Below, one piece after another: positions 52,181 through 60,267 of a stretch of DNA of 64,000 nt. The notes below the pieces were generated by a model. The model did no database searches and was not told the DNA's origin. It was given only the letters and a program-made list of their open reading frames with translations. Origin of the DNA: a virus (lineage: Duplodnaviria; Heunggongvirae; Uroviricota; Caudoviricetes); IMG/VR virus record IMGVR_UViG_3300001357_000001, positions 64,001 through 128,000 of that record. One strand, given 5' to 3'. How positions within the stretch are numbered: the stretch's first letter is position 1; each line of letters starts with the position of its first letter. The translations under genes and the position numbers were made by a program.

Positions 52181-54454
52181 TTAAATTTTTTCTTCTTTTT
52201 CATTTAAATCGAAAGTAAAGTCTAAATCTTTACCATCGAAGTTAACATTGAGTTTGTTTTCATCAAAACTATCAAATTCGGTGAACCATTTTTTACTTAA
52301 TATCAATGAGAATTTAATTTCAGCAATTTCTTGCAATAATTTTCTTCTTTGTTTATTAAGTATTTCTGATTTGGTTTCAAGATATGTTTTTAAAACACCC
52401 TTTTGTTGTTCTTCATTAAGTGATTTATACATATCAGAATTTAATTGTTCTTGGTATTTCTTAATGGCATCTGACATTACGTACTCATTAAGTTTTAATT
52501 CTTTACCTGCTTCAATTTTCTTCACTACATCAACTACTTTAGGAAGACCAGATAAACCTTTAATTTTAGTATTAAGTACAACTGACATATAGAAATCAGT
52601 TGCTTCTGCACTACTGACTTTAGGATTAAATCCATTATAATCAGTAATACCTACTTCTTTTAACCAATCAGCAGCTTCTTCACCAAGTAATTCAGCATAA
52701 CCTTTACTGGTTTTTGGAAATAATTCTTTTTTGTAAAAATCATAAACTTTCTTATCGCCTTGCAATTTTTTCAATTCCCATTGTAATTTAGCAAGTTCCA
52801 TTGCAGATATTGATTTAACCATACCACGATTAACTAATGGAATACTAGTTAAATCAATAACTATTGTGTGACCATAAGTACTACCACTAACTTGTGCATT
52901 ATGTATTGTTTTGTCACAAGTATAAGAAACACCTTTTTCATTTAATAGGTCTTCTAATTCTTGACTCCAAAGTACAGGAAGTTTTTTCACGTTAACAATA
53001 CCATCTTTTACAATAGTAAATGTGTTATATTTAAATGAATTAACCTTGTCGATTCCGAATTTATTTTCAGGTAATATTGCTTCACCTTCGATATAAATTC
53101 TAACACTTAGATTTGCTCTGCTTTCATTCCAAACCAAATCAGTTAATGGATAACCTCTTTCAGGATTACTGTTTTTGAATTTCACATCAACTTTATTTTC
53201 AGCAAGTTCTGATGTAATTTTAGCAAGTTCTTCAACATCTTTTGCTTCAGACAATCTTTTCTTATCGGCAGCAGTTATTGTTGAACCAACAGCAACTTTT
53301 TTTCTACCAATCCTATTGTAATTAAAATCTTCATGATTTGGATAAAATTGACAATCACCAATACTACCTAAATCTTCAATAAGATTCATTAGACAATAAG
53401 CATCATCTGGAACTGGTTGAATAGTTGATTGACCTTCAGGGAATCTCTTTGCTGTATCGGCAACACATTCTTTTATTGCTGATTTAAATTCATTTAGTTT
53501 TTGTTTACCAAATGCATTGGTAATCATCTTATAGTAATGTTGGTCACCTAATGCATAGAATATCTTTTCAGCATCTTCATTCAATAATTTGTCAGATAGA
53601 ACGTAAATTGCAGCATATAATGCAGTATCCTGATTAATATCTTCATGACCAATAGCTGATGGAGAGAAGAAATGAATTTCTTTCACACTTGAATTAACAA
53701 GTATTTCGCCTTCGTTAATATTATATAACAACACACTTCCGTCATTACTAACACTAAACGCAAAATCATAAAGGTAAGCATCATTAATTTCTACAACGGT
53801 TTTCTTTCCACCAAGAACTTGTGTAGATAATTTATCGTTCAATACTGGTTCGAATTCATCAAAGCCTGATGTACTTATTTTTTCACCACCTAACATTGAA
53901 GCCATTTCGGTTATTCTTCGTGAATCAGCATAATATCCATATTCAACAAATGTCGATGCTGCTAATTCATTTCCCAATACATTTAATGCTGAAACTACTT
54001 CGCTCCAAGGACAATCATTATTATATCCGTCAGTAAGGAAAATCATTGAGAAAATACTATCAGGACGATTAGTTTTTATTCTTCCAATGATTTCATGAAC
54101 AAGTTCTAATGGTTGTTGAAATGCTGTGCATCCAACAGGACGCAACCATTTATCAATAGCATCATTTAAATCACTAAGTGTTTTTAATGATTTAACTTCA
54201 ACCTCTTCTTTTAAAACACCACAATCATGACTACCAGAAAACCATACAATCGAAATCGTATCGCCATCTTTCATTACATTTGATAATTTGTTTTTTAGCT
54301 GTTTCTTTATTAGAGGAAGGTCTTGGTACATCGAGTAAGATACATCGACTACGAAAATGTGGTTTGTTTTTTTTGCAACTTCCACTGTTGCATCACTATT
54401 AACTTCTTGACTAATAAGATAATAGTTCTCATTCAGTTTAACATTTTTTTTCAT
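52181..54454 (-). CDS. Large vWA-domain protein
   Basis: MIDAS DVSYSM, IFLTDG. Confidence 0.8.
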   Translation of the reverse strand: MKKNVKLNENYYLISQEVNSDATVEVAKKTNHIFVVDVSYSMYQDLPLIKKQLKNKLSNVMKDGDTISIVWFSGSHDCGVLKEEVEVKSLKTLSDLNDAIDKWLRPVGCTAFQQPLELVHEIIGRIKTNRPDSIFSMIFLTDGYNNDCPWSEVVSALNVLGNELAASTFVEYGYYADSRRITEMASMLGGEKISTSGFDEFEPVLNDKLSTQVLGGKKTVVEINDAYLYDFAFSVSNDGSVLLYNINEGEILVNSSVKEIHFFSPSAIGHEDINQDTALYAAIYVLSDKLLNEDAEKIFYALGDQHYYKMITNAFGKQKLNEFKSAIKECVADTAKRFPEGQSTIQPVPDDAYCLMNLIEDLGSIGDCQFYPNHEDFNYNRIGRKKVAVGSTITAADKKRLSEAKDVEELAKITSELAENKVDVKFKNSNPERGYPLTDLVWNESRANLSVRIYIEGEAILPENKFGIDKVNSFKYNTFTIVKDGIVNVKKLPVLWSQELEDLLNEKGVSYTCDKTIHNAQVSGSTYGHTIVIDLTSIPLVNRGMVKSISAMELAKLQWELKKLQGDKKVYDFYKKELFPKTSKGYAELLGEEAADWLKEVGITDYNGFNPKVSSAEATDFYMSVVLNTKIKGLSGLPKVVDVVKKIEAGKELKLNEYVMSDAIKKYQEQLNSDMYKSLNEEQQKGVLKTYLETKSEILNKQRRKLLQEIAEIKFSLILSKKWFTEFDSFDENKLNVNFDGKDLDFTFDLNEKEEKI

Positions 54455-54646
54455 ACAATTAATTGTTAATTACAGTTATTTATTTTTCAATTTTATTTAT
54501 TTCAGTCAATATTTACAATACGAATATAAATACTAATTGTTACATTTTTTTATTAAAAATTATAATAATTTTTCAAATATAATTAAATGATATTTATTTT
54601 CAAAGTAATAAATAAAAAAACCCTAAAATTAATTAGGGTTTTAAAA

Positions 54647-57600
54647 TTATCCACATTTGCTGTTTCCACATCCCATGCAAATCAGACAACCCTCTTTATA
54701 TTGTAAATCATTACTACCACATATAGGACAAGTACCACTGCCTTTTTCTCCGTCTTTAATAAATCTTTTTATTACACGAGCAACACCGTTTTTCCATGTA
54801 TTAATATGGTCTTCTTTAAATGTTAAAGAATCAACCAATTCATACACATATACTAACGGCATTTTATGTCTTAGTACACCAGAAATAAATTTGGCATAAT
54901 TCCAATACTCAGGGTCAAAAGCATGATTTAAACCCGTATGTACATGTTTTTCACCATCTTTATCAACGTATTCAATATCATATCTTTTTCTTTTTACTTT
55001 GGTTGTATTGCCGAACTCATCTGTTTCCTCTGTTTCAATAATATTTTTTACTACTTCACATTCTTTTAAAGTTGAAGGTAAATCACTTAATCCATTTTCA
55101 AATTTACCTGTAAAAATTTCATATGGATGACCATCTTTCATTCCAACAACAGCAATCCATTTTTCAAGATTATTTTGAAATCTATAAATTTCTGCCTTTA
55201 ATCTCTTACCTCTTTTTGGAGCATGAATTTCTTCAGGAAGTTTTTCTTCTTTTTTCTTTTCATTAGAAACCAATACACCGCTTCTCGAACCTTCACGATA
55301 AACTGTCATACCTTTACAACCAGCAGACCATCCTGTTTCATATACTTGACGAACAAGGTCTTCACTAACGTTTTCAGGTAAGTTAACTGTTACTGAAATA
55401 CTATGGTCTACGTGTTTTTGAATACGACCTTGCATTTCAACTTTCTTAACCCAATTCACATCATTTGAAGTAGCTTTATAATAAGGTGATTTTTTTACTA
55501 TTTCATCAACTTGTTCTTCTGTCATGGTTCTAACCACTTCAACATCATATTCGTTTGCTTCTAACCATGTTTCGAAATTATAGTGAAAAACAAGATATTC
55601 TTTCCAAGCAATACCTTCATCATCAATAAAATCAATTTGAATATCTTTTTCTTGTGGATTAATTTTTCTTCTTCTCTTATACACAGGTAAGAAAACTGGT
55701 TCGATTCCTGATGTTGTTTGGGTCATAAGACTTGCTGTTCCAGTAGGAGCAATTGTTAATAATGCAATGTTTCTTCTTCCGTACTTAACCATTTTATCAT
55801 ATAACTCAGGATTGGCTTCTTTAATTCGCAATATGAACGGATTATCTTTTTCACGTTTCCAATCATATATTGGGAATGCGCCACGTTCTTTAGCTAAATT
55901 AACTGATGATTCATAAGCATATAATTTTAATTTTTCATGAATATCTTCACTAAAATCATTAGCATCATCAGTACCATATGTTAATCCTAACGCAGCAAGC
56001 ATGTCGCCTTCAGCAGTAACACCTAAACCCGTTCTACGACCTTCGATTGCTTTTTCTCTGATTTTAGTCCAGAGATTAAGTTCATATAATTTAATAAATT
56101 CTTCTTCGGGGTCTGATTTAATCTTAGCAAGGATTCCATCAATTTTTTCAATTTCTAAATCAATAAGGTCATCCATGTATCGCATTGCTTTAATCACATC
56201 TTCTCTGAATAGTTCTGAATCAAAATATGCTTCGGGAGTAAATGGATTTACAACATATCCGAATAAATTTATTGCCAATAATCTACAACTATCATAAGGA
56301 CACAAAGGTATTTCACCACATCTTCGTGCTGATATTCCATTAACTATAATATTCCTACCAATATCTTCTTTTAAACAAAAAACTGGTTCATTTTCTAATA
56401 ATGTTACATTAATAATATTATCAGTAAATGATTTTTTTATTTGATAATTATGAGTATTATTAAATTTATTTTCTTTATTAGTATCACCTAAAAATCCGAT
56501 TGATGACATATAATTAACAATGCTTCCACCAAGACTAATTAATTCAAATTGGTCTTTGGTTTTATATTTAAATCTACCACCCTTTCCATTTGGAAGTTCA
56601 GTTAATTTAGAATCACGTCTTTTATAAATCCCAAAAATTAATCCATTTGAATGTAATATCATTTGAATCTTATTTAAGAAGTCTTCATTACTTTGTGATA
56701 ATCTTATTGTATATCCTGATTTGATACTTCCTTGAAGGCTACCATCAGAATACATTAATGCAGCAACATAAAATTTACCGATATTATTACTTGAATTATT
56801 AAAAATAAATTCAGGTATATGAAATTTATTTTTAAAATTAAATCCTTGTTCTTCGAAAATTTTTCCTATCCAAGCACTTCCAATTCTAATTTTATTATTT
56901 TTATGTGAAACGAAATATTTACTTAGATTTCTATTTTTATTATTTTTACGTTCACCATAAATTTCATATAGGTTATCGATGATTTCACAAACCATATTTT
57001 TCATTCTTTCGGCATCGTCACCCCAAAACTCAAAATATATTCTTTTTCTTTTTTTATCTAAAGTTCCATCACCTTGAAGTAATCCTAATAATAAACTCAA
57101 CATCTCCAATTTTGTTTCAGATTTTTTATTAATAATAGTTCCATTATTTTCTGGAATCGCTATTAAAATATTATCATTAGGTGTTAAATCTTTTGCTTCA
57201 ATCATACCTTTTGTAGTAGCAATATGATGGTCTAATGTACATCTTAATTTGAAACCTTTTGATGTTTTTATTTCAATAATTTCAGCTTCTTTTTTTGTTA
57301 AAAATACATTGCTTGCTTTTCTAACAACAGTACCGAATTCATCATTATTAATTTTCCAATTTTCAGGTTTTTCTTCACCATCATTAACATACGAAATTCT
57401 TTTATCACAAACAACATTGTTTGTTTTATTTAAATCTATTGTAACCAAATCTCCAAATTTAAAATATCCTTTTTCAGTTAATAAATATTCTGATGCAGGG
57501 AAACAAGGATTAGTACTCGTTGTTCTAAAACCGAGGTCGGCATAACAATCAGGAATACTCTCATTAATTACTTTGTCCCAAAATAATATACCGGGTTCGG

Positions 57601-58402
57601 CTGATTTCCATGCATTATGAATTATTTTTTTCCAAAGAGCAGTTGGGTTAATATCTTTACTGTACTTAGGTTCATTACTATCGATAGGATATTTTTGTTT
57701 AAAAGAATATTCATATTTTGCTGCTTTCATAAATTCATCTGTCAGTCTTACAGATACATTAGCACCTGTAACCTGACCATTAACCATTTTAGCATCAATA
57801 AAGTCTTCAGAATCAGGATGTATAATAGAAATGCTTTCCATTAATGCACCTCTACGTCCATCTTGTGCTATTTCTTTAGTACTATTTGAATATCTTTCCA
57901 TAAAAGGAACAATACCTGTACTTGATATAGCACTATTTTTTACAGGACTTCCTTTAGGGCGAACAAAAGACAAATCCAATCCAACACCACCACGTCTTTT
58001 TTGGAGTTGAACCATATCTTGGTCTAATTTTAAAATACCACCATAACTATCACTATCTTTATTGTTTCCAATTACAAAACAATTGGATAATGATACGATT
58101 TGATAGTCATTACCAATACCAGACATTGAACCACCTTGTGGAACAATTCTTTTAAATTTCTTTATTGTTTCATAAATTTCTTTTGCTGATAGCGGATTAG
58201 GATATTTAGATTCTATTCTTGCAAATTCATTTGCTAATCTCCAATGCATGTCATCTGGATTTAATTCGTAATAATTGTCATTATCTTTTAAACAATATTT
58301 TCTTATCCAGACATCAGTAGCTAATTGGTCATTATTAAAATAGGGTAGAGTTGATTTTTCGACTTGTTCTTTAGTGTAGGTTTTTCTGTTTTTTTTTATC
58401 AT
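54647..58402 (-). CDS. nrdJ: Class II (B12-dependent) ribonucleotide reductase with intein
   Basis: PQGG, SLSNCFV, RRGGVG, RRGALM, TNP|CGEIPL, RRTGLG, TIAPTGT, GCKGMTVYREGSR, C-terminal zinc ribbon. Confidence 0.92.
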   Translation of the reverse strand: MIKKNRKTYTKEQVEKSTLPYFNNDQLATDVWIRKYCLKDNDNYYELNPDDMHWRLANEFARIESKYPNPLSAKEIYETIKKFKRIVPQGGSMSGIGNDYQIVSLSNCFVIGNNKDSDSYGGILKLDQDMVQLQKRRGGVGLDLSFVRPKGSPVKNSAISSTGIVPFMERYSNSTKEIAQDGRRGALMESISIIHPDSEDFIDAKMVNGQVTGANVSVRLTDEFMKAAKYEYSFKQKYPIDSNEPKYSKDINPTALWKKIIHNAWKSAEPGILFWDKVINESIPDCYADLGFRTTSTNPCFPASEYLLTEKGYFKFGDLVTIDLNKTNNVVCDKRISYVNDGEEKPENWKINNDEFGTVVRKASNVFLTKKEAEIIEIKTSKGFKLRCTLDHHIATTKGMIEAKDLTPNDNILIAIPENNGTIINKKSETKLEMLSLLLGLLQGDGTLDKKRKRIYFEFWGDDAERMKNMVCEIIDNLYEIYGERKNNKNRNLSKYFVSHKNNKIRIGSAWIGKIFEEQGFNFKNKFHIPEFIFNNSSNNIGKFYVAALMYSDGSLQGSIKSGYTIRLSQSNEDFLNKIQMILHSNGLIFGIYKRRDSKLTELPNGKGGRFKYKTKDQFELISLGGSIVNYMSSIGFLGDTNKENKFNNTHNYQIKKSFTDNIINVTLLENEPVFCLKEDIGRNIIVNGISARRCGEIPLCPYDSCRLLAINLFGYVVNPFTPEAYFDSELFREDVIKAMRYMDDLIDLEIEKIDGILAKIKSDPEEEFIKLYELNLWTKIREKAIEGRRTGLGVTAEGDMLAALGLTYGTDDANDFSEDIHEKLKLYAYESSVNLAKERGAFPIYDWKREKDNPFILRIKEANPELYDKMVKYGRRNIALLTIAPTGTASLMTQTTSGIEPVFLPVYKRRRKINPQEKDIQIDFIDDEGIAWKEYLVFHYNFETWLEANEYDVEVVRTMTEEQVDEIVKKSPYYKATSNDVNWVKKVEMQGRIQKHVDHSISVTVNLPENVSEDLVRQVYETGWSAGCKGMTVYREGSRSGVLVSNEKKKEEKLPEEIHAPKRGKRLKAEIYRFQNNLEKWIAVVGMKDGHPYEIFTGKFENGLSDLPSTLKECEVVKNIIETEETDEFGNTTKVKRKRYDIEYVDKDGEKHVHTGLNHAFDPEYWNYAKFISGVLRHKMPLVYVYELVDSLTFKEDHINTWKNGVARVIKRFIKDGEKGSGTCPICGSNDLQYKEGCLICMGCGNSKCG
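56321..57505 (-). mobile_element. Intein (395 aa) with LAGLIDADG endonuclease at the NP/CGE active-site position
   Basis: Starts CFPASEYLLT; LLGLLQGDG and ALMYSDGS; ends VFCLKE...IIVNGISARR before C. Confidence 0.88.
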
Positions 58403-58635
58403 AGAAATAATAATTTTTTATAATTTTTGAGTTACAAATATATTGATTAGTTACAATAAATACAACAGATTTACAAAAATACGTTAAAAATTATTTAATA
58501 TTTTTTACAATGATTTCAAATTAATTTTTAACGTTTTTATATTCATAAAGTTAAAGAAAAAGGGACACAAATTTATTAATTTAAAAAGGGGTGTGAAATA
58601 AATACACACCCCAAAAAAACAGAAAAAATTAAGTA

Positions 58636-59337
58636 TTAATCTTCTTCTTTATCAATTAACGATTTAGATAAAGTATCAAAATTTGCATCAGTTGTTGTCA
58701 TACTCCTATAATTAACTGCAGCATCATTTAATGTGCTCGACATATTAAATACACCATCACTATTAGCAGTATATGTATATGTATTACCACCACTAATACC
58801 AAAACTAGACCCTACTGAGAAAGCGTCTTGATTTGCAGCAAGATATATGAAATTCCAATCGTCTTTTTCGCAATTTTCAATAAGTTTTTGAATATTATCT
58901 TTAGTATATTCCTTACTATTGTTTTCATGACCATCGGTTACAATACACACCAGTACTTTTGATGGTGCTTCAACACCAAGTTTTTTGTGATTTTGTTTGA
59001 CATCATTTATTGTTTTACCAATTGCATCATAAAGTGCTGTAGTACCTCTTGGATACCATTCATCATCAGTTATTTCTTTTACTTCTTTAATATCGACATT
59101 ATCATACAGTAATTCGTATTTGTCATCGAAAAGTGCAACGGTAAGTGTTGCTTCATCAGGTAAATCTTTTTGTTGTTTAATGAACGTGTTGAATCCACCA
59201 ATACTATCATCCATAATACCAGTCATTGACCCACTACGGTCTAAAATACAAATTATTTGAGTTTTTTCATTTGTGTGAAGTGATTCTTCGGTTACTGTCG
59301 TAACAGTTGTGGTTACTTTTTTCTTTCTTTTAGCCAT
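58636..59337 (-). CDS. vWA-domain protein
   Basis: ILDRSGSM, TALYDAIG, IVTDGHENNS. Confidence 0.88.
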   Translation of the reverse strand: MAKRKKKVTTTVTTVTEESLHTNEKTQIICILDRSGSMTGIMDDSIGGFNTFIKQQKDLPDEATLTVALFDDKYELLYDNVDIKEVKEITDDEWYPRGTTALYDAIGKTINDVKQNHKKLGVEAPSKVLVCIVTDGHENNSKEYTKDNIQKLIENCEKDDWNFIYLAANQDAFSVGSSFGISGGNTYTYTANSDGVFNMSSTLNDAAVNYRSMTTTDANFDTLSKSLIDKEED

Positions 59338-59505
59338 TTTTATACATAAGCATTTATTTTAAAGTTATTTTGTCCAAAGATAATTCAATTTTAAATAAAA
59401 TGCAAGGATTTTTTTATTCATAATTAACTACAATAAAAAAAGTTATGTATTATATCGTAAAGATAAGGTTTAACCTGACCAATATGATATAAATCATAAC
59501 TTTTG

Positions 59506-59585
59506 TGAGAGTGGAGGGATTCGAACCCCCAAGTCCGAAGAACCAGACCTACAATCTGGCGAGCCACCAATTGCTCAACACTCTC
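59506..59585 (-). tRNA. tRNA-Tyr(GTA)
   Basis: GAGAGTG/CACTCTC; CCAGA-TT GTA GG-TCTGG. Confidence 0.9.
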
Positions 59586-59590
59586 ATTTG

Positions 59591-59663
59591 TGGGGATGGT
59601 AGGACTCGAACCCCCGACTCTCGCATTAAAGGTGCGATACTCTACCAACTGAGTTACGAACGC
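59591..59663 (-). pseudogene. Chimeric tRNA: Lys-like 5' part joined at the T loop to the 3' end of another tRNA
   Basis: 5' GCGTTCG does not pair with 3' CATCCCC; T stem GGGGG/CCTAC mispairs; loop CCTTTAA. Confidence 0.6.
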
Positions 59664-59669
59664 AAGTTG

Positions 59670-59744
59670 TGACCCCTCTGGGATTCGAACCCAGAACCCA
59701 CTGGTTAAAAGCCAGTTGCTCTACCAATTAGGAGCTAAGAGGTC
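59670..59744 (-). tRNA. tRNA-Lys(TTT)
   Basis: GACCTCT/AGGGGTC; ACTGG-CT TTT AA-CCAGT. Confidence 0.92.
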
Positions 59745-59760
59745 ATTTCACATTGACTGT

Positions 59761-59846
59761 TGGTCACCAAACGGGACTCGAACCCGTGCGCAGGGATTAA
59801 GAATAGCAAATGCGTTCCCTTGCTCTGCCAACTGAGCTACTGATGC
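59761..59846 (-). tRNA. tRNA-Lys(CTT) with 12-nt insertion in anticodon loop
   Basis: AGGGA-[ACGCATTTGCTA]-TT CTT AA-TCCCT; normal D and T arms; encoded CCA. Confidence 0.7.
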
Positions 59847-60044
59847 AGCCAATGTGTTTACTCATAATATTACTTGTCTCCAGTACTGATTTAATTTACT
59901 AATATGTTTCCTGAATTAATGCCTGTCAGAACCTTCCTCTGCTCACGCTTTTTTCGCCTTTGCTATTGTTACATTAAGACATTTCACATATTTTCCATTA
60001 AGTCTTCATTTCGACTTTCACATTATTTTCAAAGAACATATAAC

Positions 60045-60075
60045 AAAAAAAACCCGACTCTTTCGAATCGGGCTT
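60045..60075 (-). terminator. Attenuator terminator of the Lys/Tyr tRNA operon
   Basis: CCCGATTC-GAAA-GAGTCGGG plus T8. Confidence 0.85.
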
Positions 60076-60100
60076 TAAATTTGTTATAAAGTCATTACTT

Positions 60101-60193
60101 TTATATCATAACTTTAGACATAATAATCCCGATTCGTATAAGATACTTCTTATAAGATTTTTTACCGTAATAATATTTTCTAAAAGTTGTCAT
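60101..60193 (-). CDS. Lys/Tyr-rich leader peptide (30 aa)
   Basis: MTTFRKYYYGKKSYKKYLIRIGIIMSKVMI; contains antiterminator CGAATCGGG. Confidence 0.85.
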   Translation of the reverse strand: MTTFRKYYYGKKSYKKYLIRIGIIMSKVMI

Positions 60194-60267
60194 TTCTATA
60201 AATTTTAATTTGAGTTTGTAAAACTATAACATAAATACGAGAAAAACAAGTAAATGTTACAAAATAT

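Larger units (their letters stand above)
3730..59382. promoter_or_regulatory. Bacteroidota housekeeping -7 elements TAnnTTTG
   Basis: e.g. 4116 (+); 3730, 31448, 39524, 51746, 58435, 59375 (-), each upstream of a gene. Confidence 0.6.
23644..60037. promoter_or_regulatory. boxA-like antitermination sites GTTCTTT(G/A)A ahead of RNA gene clusters
   Basis: 23644-23653 (+), 40447-40457 (-), 51441-51452 (-), 60028-60037 (-). Confidence 0.65.
914..60261. promoter_or_regulatory. About 34 ECF-type promoters TG(T/A)AAC-N16/17-CGTA(TAAT)
   Basis: Minus: 914, 2201, 2702, 2983, 3084, 5671, 6218, 6461, 6623, 7257, 7774, 8765, 9242, 9617, 10132, 10960, 11427, 11832, 12459, 12757, 13322, 13434, 13850, 15056, 30484, 39515, 41478, 43302, 51737, 54517, 60234; plus: 15191, 22248, 23607. 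All point into the adjacent gene or RNA. Confidence 0.85.

Noticed and set aside
814-57844. Numerous short plus-strand ORFs rich in F/S/I/L opposite minus-strand genes
   Set aside because: Antisense shadows of AT-rich coding sequence with no promoter motif.
59424-59648. ORF 59424-59648; likewise 48817-49029 and 23616-23798
   Set aside because: They overlap tRNA or tRNA-like genes.
59960-60027. String of minigenes (ATG TGA, ATG AAG ACT TAA, ATG TCT TAA, ATG TAA) after boxA
   Set aside because: Plausible by chance in AT-rich DNA; no independent support.
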